Source: an uncultured Gemmatimonadales bacterium
Lineage (GTDB): Bacteria > Gemmatimonadota > Gemmatimonadetes > Gemmatimonadales > GWC2-71-9
Direction of reading: 5' to 3'
NCBI GenBank assembly: GCA_963795085.1
Contig: CAWCFX010000002.1
Span: 288,001-352,000 of the forward strand
Length of the DNA: 64,000 nucleotides
Part shown: piece after piece, positions 18,308 through 28,819 of the stretch
Numbering within the stretch: position 1 is the first letter of the stretch
Layout of the letters: each line of letters opens with the position of its first letter
The notes under the pieces: generated by a model
Seen by the model: only the letters and a program-made list of their open reading frames with translations
Told to the model about the DNA's origin: nothing
Databases searched by the model: none
Position numbers and translations under genes: made by a program

Positions 18308-20548
18308 ATGATGCCGCCTGCGGTGATACTGATAGCTGGGTTTGGGGCCGGTCTCGCGACCGGCCTTCTGCATTTTGAGGCCCCTGCCGCCGTTTTTCTG
18401 ATACCGGTGGCGATGCTGTTCTGGCGGTACCGCCCCGTCTGGGCCCACGCCGCGCTGGTCATGCTCCTCGGCACGGCGAGCGGAGCCCTCGAGCGGGTGC
18501 GCGCGGAAACCGGGTGTGTTGTCCGACTCCCCGCGGGCGGAATCCACCTGGCTGTCGAGACCCGGGAACCGGCGGATTCGGTGGGAGGCCTGGTCCCGCT
18601 GGCCCCGGCGGGGGCGGCCTGCCATGGCACCATCACCGGCCGCTGGCCGCCGGGAACGCCGGCGGGTGCCGGATCCCGCTGGGCGGTAACGGGCAAGTGG
18701 ATTCCGCCGGCGCCCGATGGCGGGCGCGGACGCGGCGTCCTGGTGGTGAGCCGGGCCGATCCCGCGCCGGGACGTCCCGGCATCACCGCCCGGCTTCGCG
18801 GCGCGATCATCCGCACCACCGCGGCACTCTACGGCGAGCGGGCGCCTCTGGTCGATGCCCTGATCCTGAACCGCCGCGGGTCGCTCGATCCCCAGTTGAG
18901 CGAAGCCTACGCCCGCTCCGGCCTGGTCCACATCCTCTCCATCTCTGGCTTTCATGTCGGGCTCATCGCGGGGTGGCTCTATCTCCTCGGCCGGCTGGCA
19001 CGGCTGGGACGCACGGCGGCAATGCTGGCCTCTTCCGGGTTGAGCACGCTCTACGTGGCCTTCCTCGGGTGGCCTGCCCCGGCCACCCGGGCCGCGGCGC
19101 TGGTGGTGCTGGTGGCGCTCTGCCGCTGGAGGCAGCGCCAGGTGGAACCCAACTCCCTGCTCGCGGTCACCTGCCTCATGGTGCTGCTGCTGGACCCGAG
19201 CGCCGTGTTCGACCTCGGCGCCTGGCTTTCCGCCTCCGCCCTCTGGGGAGCGACCACCTTCTCCCGGTGGAGCGAACGCCGGCTCGGCGCCGGAGTGGCG
19301 GGTCGCACCCTGGGGTCTTCCATCGGCGCGACGCTCGCCACGGCCCCGATCACCGCGGCCGCCCTGGGTAGCGTGGCGCTCATCGGGATCCTGCTCAACT
19401 TCGCGGCGATTCCGCTGGCCGCCCTCGCGGTCCCCGGGGTGGTTGCCAGCATCGTGCTCTACCCGGTGGCACCCTGGCTGGCCGAAGCGCTCGCCGCCGG
19501 GGCAGGGGCGGGATTGAGCCTGCTCGATGGCGTGGCACTGCTGGGGGCGCGGGTCCCGTTCGGAAGCATGGTCCAGCCGGTGGCCCTCGGGTCCGCGGTG
19601 CCGTGGATCGTCGTGCTGGGGGCCGCGCTCTGGAGCATCGGGCGGCGAAACACCCTCTCCATGGCACTCCTCCGCGGCAGCTGGGCCGCGGTGCTGGCCT
19701 GCTGGCTGTGGCTGGCCCCCCGCGTCGTCCCGGCGCAAGGTGCCGAGGATAACGCCCTGACGTTACATTTTCTCCAGGTCGGCCAGGGTGATGGCGCCCT
19801 GGTGCGCACCCCGGGCGGACACTGGGTTCTCATTGACGCGGGCCCCCGGTTCGAGGGGGCCGACGCCGGGAAGCGGGTCGTCGTCCCTTTCCTGCGGAAA
19901 CACGGTGTCCGCCGGCTCGCGGCGGTCGTTGTCTCTCATGTTCATGCTGATCACCTGGGCGGGGTGCCCGCGGTGCTGGACCGTTACCCGGCCGACATCG
20001 TCATCGAACCGGGAGCGCTGAGCCCCGATCCCCGCTATGGCGAGTTCCTGGACCGGCTGGAGGCGCAGGCCACCCGCTGGCACCCGGGGCGCCGAGGGGA
20101 CACCTTCACCCTGGATTCGGTAGCCTTCACCGTGCTGCATCCGGACACGGCGTGGGCGGGGTGGGGAGCCGACCTCAACGAGGACTCGATCGTCCTGCTG
20201 GTACGCTACCGGGATTTCGCGGCACTCTTCACGGGCGATGCCGGCGAACGGGCGGAACCGGTGCTGCCGCGGAGCGGGCAGGTGGACCTGCTCAAGGTCG
20301 GGCACCATGGGTCCCGCACCGCCACGACGGACGCGCTGCTCGAGGCGGTCCGGCCCCGGGCGGCCGTGATCAGCGTCGGCGCCAACACCTACGGGCACCC
20401 GTCCCCGGCGGCGATCGGGCGGCTGGAGCGGCACGGCGTCCCGTTCTGGCGGACCGACCAGGACGGAACCGTGCAGGTCACCACCGACGGGGCCACCATG
20501 ACGCTCTGCGCCCGCCGCGGCTGCCGCCGGTATCCAGTCGGTCCCTGA
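18308..20548 (+). CDS. comEC: DNA internalization competence protein ComEC/Rec2
   Basis: [14 protein letters not shown]; transmembrane region; MBL domain with [28 protein letters not shown] and RTD. Confidence 0.92.
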   Translation: MMPPAVILIAGFGAGLATGLLHFEAPAAVFLIPVAMLFWRYRPVWAHAALVMLLGTASGALERVRAETGCVVRLPAGGIHLAVETREPADSVGGLVPLAPAGAACHGTITGRWPPGTPAGAGSRWAVTGKWIPPAPDGGRGRGVLVVSRADPAPGRPGITARLRGAIIRTTAALYGERAPLVDALILNRRGSLDPQLSEAYARSGLVHILSISGFHVGLIAGWLYLLGRLARLGRTAAMLASSGLSTLYVAFLGWPAPATRAAALVVLVALCRWRQRQVEPNSLLAVTCLMVLLLDPSAVFDLGAWLSASALWGATTFSRWSERRLGAGVAGRTLGSSIGATLATAPITAAALGSVALIGILLNFAAIPLAALAVPGVVASIVLYPVAPWLAEALAAGAGAGLSLLDGVALLGARVPFGSMVQPVALGSAVPWIVVLGAALWSIGRRNTLSMALLRGSWAAVLACWLWLAPRVVPAQGAEDNALTLHFLQVGQGDGALVRTPGGHWVLIDAGPRFEGADAGKRVVVPFLRKHGVRRLAAVVVSHVHADHLGGVPAVLDRYPADIVIEPGALSPDPRYGEFLDRLEAQATRWHPGRRGDTFTLDSVAFTVLHPDTAWAGWGADLNEDSIVLLVRYRDFAALFTGDAGERAEPVLPRSGQVDLLKVGHHGSRTATTDALLEAVRPRAAVISVGANTYGHPSPAAIGRLERHGVPFWRTDQDGTVQVTTDGATMTLCARRGCRRYPVGP

Positions 20549-20577
20549 TTTCCGAATCCTTCCACCAGCGAGCCACC

Positions 20578-21618
20578 GTGCATTCCAGCGGATACGTCAC
20601 CACCATCGAGCGATTCATCATGGAGCAGGAAGACCGCTACCCGGAAGCCACCGGCGAGCTGTCCAACCTCCTCTACGACATTGCCCTGGCGGCCAAGATC
20701 ATCGCCGCGTCGATCCGCCGCGCCGGCCTGGTGAACATCCTGGGGTCGGCCCAGCACACCAATGTGCAGGGCGAGGAGCAGCAGAAGCTGGACGTGTTCG
20801 CCAATGAGACCATCAAGAACGCGCTGATGCACACCGGCCGGGTCTGCGTGATGGGGTCGGAAGAGGACGACGACGTGATCCCGGTGCCACCCCAGTTCCC
20901 GGTCGGGAAGTACGCGGTGCTGTTCGATCCGCTGGACGGTTCCTCCAACATTGACGTCAATTCGGCGGTCGGCACCATCTTCAGCATCTATCGCCGGGTC
21001 AGCATGGAGGGCCGCGGCAACGTGGGTGATGTGCTGCAGCCGGGCTGCCGGCAGGTGGCCGCCGGGTACGTCATGTACGGGTCGAGTACCATGCTGGTGT
21101 ACACCACGGGCCAGGGGGTCCACGGGTTCACCCTGGATCCCACTATCGGCGAGTTCCTGCTCTCCTCTCCCACCATCGTGACGCCGCAGGTGGGGAAGTA
21201 CTACAGCGTCAACGAGAGCAACTTCGGCCGCTGGTCGCGGGGCACCCAGATCGCGGTGCGGGGCTTCCATGGCGACATGCCGGACATGATGAAGGGCAAG
21301 AACAGCCGCTATATCGGCTCCTTCGTGGCCGACTTCCACCGCAACCTGATCAACGGCGGGGTGTTCATGTATCCCGCCGACAGTAAGAATCCAAAGGGCA
21401 AGCTGCGGCTCCTCTACGAGGCCGCCCCGATGGCGTTTATCGCCGAGCAGGCCGAGGGCGCCGCAACCGACGGCGAACGGCGCATCCTGGACATCGCGCC
21501 GGAGGCCCTCCACCAGCGCACCCCGCTGGTCATCGGGTCCCGGGAGGACGTCGGATTCGTCTCCGATATTCTCCGCAAGGTCGAGGCGGGCGAGTTCGCC
21601 CTGAATACCCGCAAGTGA
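20578..21618 (+). CDS. fbp: Class 1 fructose-1,6-bisphosphatase
   Basis: [37 protein letters not shown] and GKLRLLYE. Confidence 0.95.
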   Translation: MHSSGYVTTIERFIMEQEDRYPEATGELSNLLYDIALAAKIIAASIRRAGLVNILGSAQHTNVQGEEQQKLDVFANETIKNALMHTGRVCVMGSEEDDDVIPVPPQFPVGKYAVLFDPLDGSSNIDVNSAVGTIFSIYRRVSMEGRGNVGDVLQPGCRQVAAGYVMYGSSTMLVYTTGQGVHGFTLDPTIGEFLLSSPTIVTPQVGKYYSVNESNFGRWSRGTQIAVRGFHGDMPDMMKGKNSRYIGSFVADFHRNLINGGVFMYPADSKNPKGKLRLLYEAAPMAFIAEQAEGAATDGERRILDIAPEALHQRTPLVIGSREDVGFVSDILRKVEAGEFALNTRK

Positions 21619-21755
21619 TGCGGACCACGTCCGGCTGAGACCCGCCGGTTCGCGGCCCCACCGGTGTAGATTGCACCCGGCGCGGCCGGCGTTGTCCCGG
21701 GGTCCCGGTTGGGACCGATCGCCCGCGCCCGATTCTTGTCTTCGAACCCGATCTC

Positions 21756-23300
21756 ATGACCGACCAGCGCAAGACCGTGTACCGGCCCGAAGACTGGACC
21801 GGCGATCCCGCCCGTGACCTCGGCGAGCCAGGCCAGTTCCCCTACACCCGGGGCGTGCACCCCGCCATGTACACCTCCCGGCTCTGGACCATGCGGCAGT
21901 ATGCCGGGTTCGGTACCGCGGAAGAGACCAACGGGCGTTTCCGCCAGCTGCTGGCGGCCGGACAATCGGGACTCTCGACCGCGTTTGACCTGCCCACCCA
22001 GATGGGATACGACTCCGACCACGCCATGGCGGCGGGCGAGGTTGGACGGGTCGGCGTCGCCATCGATACCGTCGAGGACCTGGCGGTGCTGTTCCGGGAA
22101 ATTCCGCTGGACAAGGTTTCCACCTCCATGACCATCAACGCCACCGCGGCGATCCTGCTGGCGATGTACGTGGTGGTCGGAGAAGAGCAGGGGGTGCCCC
22201 GCACCGCCCTCACCGGGACGGTGCAGAACGACGTGCTCAAGGAGTACGTGGCCCGGGGGACGTATATCTATCCCGCGGAGCCCTCGCTCCGGCTGGTGAC
22301 CGACATATTCCGCTTTGTGGCGGACCAGGGCATGAACTTCAACCCCATTTCCGTCAGCGGGTATCACATCCGGGAGGCCGGCTCCACCGCCGTCCAGGAA
22401 GTCGGCTTTACCCTCGCCAACGCGCTGGAGTACGTCCGCCGGGCGGTCGCGGCCGGTCTCGACCTCGCCACCTTCGGGCCCCGGCTCTCCTTCTTTTTCG
22501 CCTCCCACAACAACCTGTTCGAAGAGGCGGCCAAGTTCCGGGCCGCCCGCCGGCTGTGGGCCCGCCTGGTGCGGGAGCGATTCGACGCCGACGAGGCCAC
22601 CGCCCGGCTCCGGTTCCATACCCAGACCGGCGGGGTCACCCTGCAGGCCCTCCAGCCCCTCAACAACGTCGTCAGGGTCACGGTGCAGGGGCTCGCGGCG
22701 GTCCTCGGCGGCACCCAGTCGCTGCACACCAACGGCTACGACGAGGCCCTGTCCCTGCCGACCGAAGCCGCTGCCACCCTGGCCCTCCGCACCCAGCAGA
22801 TCCTGGCGTACGAAAGCGGTGTTACCGGGGCGGTGGATCCGCTGGCCGGCAGCTACTACGTAGAGGCCCTGACCGACCAGATCGAACGGGACGCCCGGGC
22901 GCTCATCGAGGAGATTGATGGCCTGGGCGGGGCGGCGGCGGCGATCGAGAAAGGGTTCTACCAGGACACCATCGCCCGGAGTGCCTTTGAGCTCCAGCGC
23001 GCCCAGGAGGGCGGGGACCTGACCGTCGTCGGGGTGAACCGCTTCGGCGACGGATCCCCGCCCCCGGTCATCCCCATTCCAGACTACTCGGCCCTGGCGG
23101 ACAGGCAGCGGGGCAGGCTGGCTAACGTGCGGGCCCGGCGGCATGCCGGCAAGGCCAAGCAGGCAGTCGCCGCCATCACGGTCGCGGCCAAGGGGAAGGG
23201 ACCCCTGATGCCGGCGATCGTCGAGGCCGTCCGGGCCCGGGTGACGCTAGGCGAGATCAGCGAGGCCCTTCGGGGAGTGTGGGGGGTGTATCGAGCCTGA
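21756..23300 (+). CDS. Methylmalonyl-CoA mutase, substrate-binding (N-terminal) subunit
   Basis: PGQFPYTRG, RQYAGFG, GLSTAFDLPTQMGYDSD and QSLHTN; no DxHxxG B12-binding domain. Confidence 0.9.
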   Translation: MTDQRKTVYRPEDWTGDPARDLGEPGQFPYTRGVHPAMYTSRLWTMRQYAGFGTAEETNGRFRQLLAAGQSGLSTAFDLPTQMGYDSDHAMAAGEVGRVGVAIDTVEDLAVLFREIPLDKVSTSMTINATAAILLAMYVVVGEEQGVPRTALTGTVQNDVLKEYVARGTYIYPAEPSLRLVTDIFRFVADQGMNFNPISVSGYHIREAGSTAVQEVGFTLANALEYVRRAVAAGLDLATFGPRLSFFFASHNNLFEEAAKFRAARRLWARLVRERFDADEATARLRFHTQTGGVTLQALQPLNNVVRVTVQGLAAVLGGTQSLHTNGYDEALSLPTEAAATLALRTQQILAYESGVTGAVDPLAGSYYVEALTDQIERDARALIEEIDGLGGAAAAIEKGFYQDTIARSAFELQRAQEGGDLTVVGVNRFGDGSPPPVIPIPDYSALADRQRGRLANVRARRHAGKAKQAVAAITVAAKGKGPLMPAIVEAVRARVTLGEISEALRGVWGVYRA

Positions 23301-23399
23301 ATGGGATAAACCAGATTATAAGGTCTACGCATGCGGCTGTCTCACATAGGTTTACCACTGCTCGTAAAATTTCCACACTTACCATGTTTTCGAGGCCGG

Positions 23400-24875
23400 A
23401 TGGCCCGATTGGCCGGAGCCATTGCAGCTGTGACCCTGCTCGGATCGCTTCCCGCTGCCTCGCCGGCGCCAGCCCAGACCCTCCCCGCGCCGGCGGTGAA
23501 AATTCTGGATCTTCACGCCCTCATCGAACGACATGGAAGTGTCCTCGGCCCCCGGGTTTGGCCCGGGTTCCGGCCGGACACCATCCCCGTTCTTTATAGG
23601 ATGGGTCACGCGGGTGCCCTCCTCGTGGAATGGCGGCACCCGTGGCCGCCGGGGTTCACGGCCTTGCCCACCCGAAGCGACGTCGGAATCACCGGGCCAG
23701 GGGAGCCAGCCAGTCTTGAAGGCCGGTTCGCCGCGTTCCTGTTTGTGGATTCGAGCACGACCCCGGGCCTGCTGGTGGGGACGGCCCTGCACGAGGCATT
23801 CCACGGGTTCGAGCGGTCCGTCATGCGGGACGGCCAGGCGTTCGGCGTCTGGGAGAACGCCATGCTTGTGGGGACCTATCCCGTGTTCGACATCGAAAAC
23901 GAGGCGCGCTGGGCGCTGGAGGGCAACCGCCTTCGGCGCGCCCTCGCCGCCCGGTCGGCGGCGGAGACGAGACGATGGGCCCGGGAGTTTCTGGCCCTTC
24001 GAGTGGCCCGGCAGGCCAGGTTATCGCCCGAGTACGCCGAGTTCGAGCGCCTGGCGGAAATGAACGAGGGGCTGGCGCAATACGCCCTGCTCCGGGGTCT
24101 GGCTGAAGTAGCGGAGCTGGAGGGAGGTCCCTGGGACGCGCGGGCCCGGCACGAGGCCGGGGTGGAGGCGGGGATTCTCGACAGCCTGCTTGAGGTGGGG
24201 CGCCGCTCGGTTCGCCGGCGATTCTACGCCACCGGGTCGGCGATGGCGTTGATCATGGACCGGCTGGCCGGCGACAGCTGGAAGGACCTGGTCCTGGGCG
24301 AGAACACGGACCTGCAGGCGACCCTGGCCCGCGTGGCTGGGGTTTCCGGCTCTGACTCGATGCCGGCGCCTGGCGCCGGAACCGTAGCGGAACTGCGCCG
24401 GTTGCGGGTCGCGGCGCGTCACTCGGTGGAGCGACTGGCCGCCGGCCGGCGAGCTTTGGCGGACAGCGTCCTCCGGCGGTCCAGCCTGGTGGTCACGGTA
24501 CGGCCGCTCGGGCTGGCTCCGGGCGCCCTGCAGTGGTGCGGATTCGATCCCCAGAACACGCTCACGACCGGCGACGGACGCACCCTGCACATGCGGTTCC
24601 TGCGTCTTTGCGCCGGACCCGCCACCAGCGTGGTGTTCGAGCAGGGAGTGGTCCAGGAGGACAGCGCGGGCAGCTACCGGACCGCGGTGGATTCGCTCGC
24701 GCTGCGGATGGCGAGCGGGGGGCAGCCGGTTTCCCGGCCGCTGGCTGGGGCCCAGGAACTCCCGGCCTTTACGCTGGAGGCGCCGGGTTTTCGGCTCGAG
24801 GCCGCTCGGGCGCGGGTCGAACGGGCCGGGGAGGAACTGGTCGTCTCGCTGCTCCCTCCGGACCGTTCGCCCTAG
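23400..24875 (+). CDS. Hypothetical secreted protein with gluzincin-like HEXXH motif
   Basis: Signal peptide; LHEAFH and downstream NEGLAQY. The start could alternatively be 23331. Confidence 0.6.
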   Translation: MARLAGAIAAVTLLGSLPAASPAPAQTLPAPAVKILDLHALIERHGSVLGPRVWPGFRPDTIPVLYRMGHAGALLVEWRHPWPPGFTALPTRSDVGITGPGEPASLEGRFAAFLFVDSSTTPGLLVGTALHEAFHGFERSVMRDGQAFGVWENAMLVGTYPVFDIENEARWALEGNRLRRALAARSAAETRRWAREFLALRVARQARLSPEYAEFERLAEMNEGLAQYALLRGLAEVAELEGGPWDARARHEAGVEAGILDSLLEVGRRSVRRRFYATGSAMALIMDRLAGDSWKDLVLGENTDLQATLARVAGVSGSDSMPAPGAGTVAELRRLRVAARHSVERLAAGRRALADSVLRRSSLVVTVRPLGLAPGALQWCGFDPQNTLTTGDGRTLHMRFLRLCAGPATSVVFEQGVVQEDSAGSYRTAVDSLALRMASGGQPVSRPLAGAQELPAFTLEAPGFRLEAARARVERAGEELVVSLLPPDRSP

Positions 24876-25600
24876 AACGACGCGGAGACTCCGAACTTCA
24901 CCAGCAGGAGGTTGGTCTCGCTCTGGATCGGGGTGAAGCTGATCGTCCCGTTGCCGTTGTCGGTGATGCTGCCCTCCCGCAGGTAATTGGCACGGCCGTT
25001 CCGGTGGTATTCCGCCCCGACATCGATCGTCACCGGCGTCCGTCCGCTGGAGACGCGGAACCGAAGTCCCCCGCCGCCGACGAGGGCAAACGTGACATCG
25101 TCGAAGTTGGTGGATTCGGCGAAATCCTCTCCGTTGTTCGATCCGCTCACGCCCGACTCGGTCGCGAAGTAGGAGAAACCTATGGTGCCGGACAGGTAGG
25201 GCTGCACCGACCCGTGGGCCAGGGTCAGCAGGGGGCCGGCTCCCATGGTATAGATGTTATTGCGGGTGGTGACATCCACGGTCACGAAGGGCACGGTGGG
25301 GCTCAACGGCCGGCGAATCGTTTCCGACCCGTAGATCAGCCAGTTCACGTCGAACTTGAAGGCCACGGTTCCCTGCCGGTCCAGGTTGAATCCCAGCCAG
25401 CCGCCCAGCCCGAACCCGGCATCCACGAAGTCGTTAAACTCACCCTGGGGCAACGCCAGATTCAGATGTCCGCCGGCCTGGAACCGGTGCGGCCCCGCGA
25501 TCTCCACGTCGTCCACCTCGCGGATCTGGCCCTCGGCCCGTCCGGCGAGAACGACGCTGAGCAGGGCGACGCCCCGCACTATCCCGGGAATTGCGCGCAT
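24872..25600 (-). CDS. Outer-membrane beta-barrel protein
   Basis: GAGG RBS; signal peptide; amphipathic strands; C-terminal F. Confidence 0.75.
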   Translation of the reverse strand: MRAIPGIVRGVALLSVVLAGRAEGQIREVDDVEIAGPHRFQAGGHLNLALPQGEFNDFVDAGFGLGGWLGFNLDRQGTVAFKFDVNWLIYGSETIRRPLSPTVPFVTVDVTTRNNIYTMGAGPLLTLAHGSVQPYLSGTIGFSYFATESGVSGSNNGEDFAESTNFDDVTFALVGGGGLRFRVSSGRTPVTIDVGAEYHRNGRANYLREGSITDNGNGTISFTPIQSETNLLLVKFGVSASF

Positions 25601-25675
25601 TGGACCTCGATGGCTGACCAGGGTGGCCCGCGGAGAAGGTCCGGGGCTCTGGCGGCAAATCTGGCACGACCGAGG

Positions 25676-26771
25676 TCAGTTTTTCAACCCGGCCGCTGCG
25701 ACCGTCCCGGATCTCTTTCACCCGGCCGCCGCTTTCGGCGAACCCGAAGAGCGTCGTGTCGCGCCGCCCCACGAGGGGAATTGGGGCCCGCAACTGCCAG
25801 CGGTCAATGATCCAGGCCCCGGATTCCAGTTTTCGGAACGAGAGATTTCCCCCGGCGCTGTCCGCCATGACCCAGCGTCCCAGGCCGGTGTACCAGAATT
25901 GCAGGGACCGAAGTTCCAGCGTCCGCCGATCCAGGGTGAGCCGCCCCCTGATATCGTGCCGGTTACTGCGCCGCTCCGGCTGAAAGGCGACGACGACGAG
26001 GGCCGCCGAGTCCTCCGCCGGTTCGACCGAGAAGCAGTGGCTGTCCAGGAACCAACCGGCGAAGAGCACTCGCGGATCGGGCCCGAAATACACCGGGCCG
26101 GTCTGGACCTGGAACTCGCCAGGTACCTGGCGAGGTTCGTGGACGAAGCCGTAGCGGGCCAGGGTATCGGGATGAGCACTGGCCACCGGCCACATGGCCT
26201 GGCTTGACGATGTGGCGGTCTCCCGTTCCCCGGCGCCGCCAGGTGCGGTGGGCCGCCGCAGGTAGGTCTCGGTGCGGAACCGGAGCAAGCCCTGGCGAAT
26301 GGTCTGGTCGGTGATCGCGAGCGCCTTCTCCGCCTCGCCCAGCAGGCTGGCGATGATGTCGCCATCCCCGGTGCGGACGCCGCAGCGGGACCGGCTGGCG
26401 GTGATCTCCAGCGCGGCGAGCTGGATGATCCGGTCCTCCAGAATCAGGCGGGTTTCCTGCCGTTCGCCGGCGGAAAGCTGGGCGGGCCGCGAAAGCCAGC
26501 TCGCATACCCGATGCGCAGTACCCGGATCTGATAGGAACCCGGTCCGGGGAGCTGGAACCCGAATCCCCCGGTGGGCGAGGACAACGTCCGGGCGACCTC
26601 CCGGCCCTCGGCATCGAGCAGAACGACCAGGGCGCCGGCGACCGCATTGCTGTCCGTGCCGGCCAGGACTCGGCCGCTCCACTCCTGCGCCGTCCCCGAA
26701 GTCGCGGCCCCCAGGGCCATGATCCCGAGCAGGGCCGCCAGCCGGCCGGGTCGAAAGGTTGAGAAGTTCAT
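25676..26771 (-). CDS. Carboxypeptidase regulatory-like domain secreted protein (3' end uncertain; ORF as sequenced runs to 25440)
   Basis: Signal peptide; GRV...GALVVLLD...G.F...G.Y.IRVLRIGY domain. Removing one base from the T5 run at 25680-25684 gives a TGA at 25676 and removes a 160-bp overlap. Confidence 0.65.
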
Positions 26772-26846
26772 GGGTCACCCACCCTTGAAGCAGCCTTGCC
26801 GGGAAGGCTAAATTTATGGGCTAAATTCACTTAGAAGGACCACAGC

Positions 26847-27167
26847 ATGCCGACGTACGAGTACAGGTGCTTTGACGGACACGTCTTCGAGAAGTTCCAG
26901 AAGATGACCGACAAGTCCCGGTCCAAATGCCCCACCTGCGGCAAGGCGGCCAGCCGCCTCATCTCCGGTGGTGCCGGGCTGGTGTTCAAGGGCAGCGGTT
27001 TCTATATCACCGACTATGGCAAGGATGGCAAGGGGCCCCGCAAGGCGCCGGCGGAAGCGTCGGGCGGCGGCGATACGAAGAGCGATTCCAAAACGGAATC
27101 CAAACCGGACAAGAAGGAAACGAAGCCTGCCACCGAGACCAAGCCTCTCAAGAAAGCTTCCGAGTGA
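26847..27167 (+). CDS. FmdB family zinc-ribbon protein
   Basis: MPTYEYRC, CPTCG and FKGSGFYITDY; low-complexity Lys-rich tail. Confidence 0.9.
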   Translation: MPTYEYRCFDGHVFEKFQKMTDKSRSKCPTCGKAASRLISGGAGLVFKGSGFYITDYGKDGKGPRKAPAEASGGGDTKSDSKTESKPDKKETKPATETKPLKKASE

Positions 27168-27177
27168 GCCGGAGCCT

Positions 27178-28815
27178 GTGAACGAACCGATCCGGGCCGA
27201 GCTGGCGCGCGTGGCCGCGCTGCTGGAGGCACCCGACGCCGAGTTCGTGCTGGAGCGCCCTCGGGACAGCGACCACGGCGACCTGGCGACCAACCTCGCG
27301 ATGGTGGTCGCCCGGCGCCAGAAGGCCAATCCCCGCAAACTCGCGGAGCGGGTCATCGCCGAACTCCGTTTCCCCGAAGGCACCGTCGCCCGCACCGAGA
27401 TCGCCGGGCCGGGGTTTATCAACTTCTGGCTGGCCGAAGACCAGCTGGTGGCGCTGGCCGGCCGGATTCTCCGCGAGGGCGAGCGGTATGGGCGCTCCAC
27501 GTCCGGGGCCGGGCGGCGGATCAACGTGGAGTTTGTCTCCGCCAACCCCACCGGCCCGCTTCACGTGGGGCATGGCCGGGGCGCCGCGCAGGGCGATGGC
27601 ATCGCGGCCCTGCTGGCTTGGACCGGGCACGCCGTCACCCGCGAATTCTACATCAACGATGCCGGGGTCCAGATCGGCAAGCTGGCCGAAAGCCTCTGGG
27701 CCCGGATCCAGCAGGCTGCCGGGCGGGAGCAGGAGATCCCCGAAGGCGGCTACCACGGGGAGTACCTCAAGGAGGCGGCGGAGGCGGTACTGAAAGGGAA
27801 GGGCCCCGCCTTTGCCGACCTGCCGGAAGCGGAGGCGCTGCCCCGCTGCCGGGCGCTGGTGCTGGCCAGTCAGCGGGCCGAGCAGGACCAGCTGCTGGCC
27901 GACTTCGGAGTCCGCTTCGATGTGATGACCTCGGAGCAGAGCATCTACGACCGGGGCCTCATTGAGAGGGTGCTCGCCACGCTCGAAGGGCGCGGCCTGC
28001 TCTACCAGAGGGACGATGCGCTCTGGCTCCGCACCACCGACTTCGGGGACGACCAGGACCGGGTGCTGCGGAAACGCGACGGCTCCTATACCTACGTGGT
28101 GCCGGACATCGCCTACCACGCCGACAAGCACGACCGCGGATTCGAAGAGGTCATCGACCTCTGGGGTGCCGACCACCACGGTTACATCCCCCGGATGCGT
28201 GCCGCCCTCCGTGGCCTCGGCTACCCGGACGAGTTCTTCAGCGCGGTCATCGTCCAGCTGGTCAAGGTGGTGCGGGGCGGAGAAGAGGTCCGCATGTCCA
28301 AGCGGTCCGGCGATTTCGTAACGCTGCGGGACCTGATCGAAGAGGTCGGGGTGGACGCTGCCCGCTATTTCTTCCTGATGCGCCGGGGCGACTCTCATTT
28401 CACCTTCGACGTGGACCTGGCCCGGAAGCAGACCGACGAGAACCCGGTTTTTTACGTGCAGATGGCCCACGCCCGGCTGTCGGGCATCTTCCGCACCGCG
28501 GGGCGGGAGCCGGAAGCGGTCTCCGGCCCGCTCGATGTGGCCGGCCTCCCGGCCCCGGAAGACCTGGAACTCCTGAAGAAGCTGGGCCGCTTTCCCGAGG
28601 TGGTCGAAAAGGCCGCGCGGGAGCGGGAACCGCACCGGATCACCGGCTTCCTGGAAGAACTCGCCGCCATCATCCACGGCTGGTATCACCGCACCCGTAC
28701 CGTGGGCGAGGCGCCGGACATCGAAACCGCCCGCCTCCTGCTGGCCCGCGCCGCCCGGACCGTCCTGGCCAACGGGCTCTCCCTGCTGGGGCTCAGCGCC
28801 CCCGATCGGATGTAA
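27178..28815 (+). CDS. argS: Arginine--tRNA ligase
   Basis: GPGFIN, EFVSANPTGPLHVGH, GADHHGY, MSKR and APDRM C-terminus; GGAG before GTG 27178. Confidence 0.95.
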   Translation: MNEPIRAELARVAALLEAPDAEFVLERPRDSDHGDLATNLAMVVARRQKANPRKLAERVIAELRFPEGTVARTEIAGPGFINFWLAEDQLVALAGRILREGERYGRSTSGAGRRINVEFVSANPTGPLHVGHGRGAAQGDGIAALLAWTGHAVTREFYINDAGVQIGKLAESLWARIQQAAGREQEIPEGGYHGEYLKEAAEAVLKGKGPAFADLPEAEALPRCRALVLASQRAEQDQLLADFGVRFDVMTSEQSIYDRGLIERVLATLEGRGLLYQRDDALWLRTTDFGDDQDRVLRKRDGSYTYVVPDIAYHADKHDRGFEEVIDLWGADHHGYIPRMRAALRGLGYPDEFFSAVIVQLVKVVRGGEEVRMSKRSGDFVTLRDLIEEVGVDAARYFFLMRRGDSHFTFDVDLARKQTDENPVFYVQMAHARLSGIFRTAGREPEAVSGPLDVAGLPAPEDLELLKKLGRFPEVVEKAAREREPHRITGFLEELAAIIHGWYHRTRTVGEAPDIETARLLLARAARTVLANGLSLLGLSAPDRM

Positions 28816-28819
28816 TGAC

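Noticed and set aside
21619..21755. Possible cobalamin riboswitch upstream of the mutase gene
   Set aside because: No B12-box or GCCACTG core motifs are present.
21756..23300. Mutase as a truncated pseudogene or as isobutyryl-CoA mutase
   Set aside because: Split mutases with a separate B12-binding subunit are common, the ORF ends normally, and RQYAGF (Tyr) indicates methylmalonyl-CoA-type specificity.
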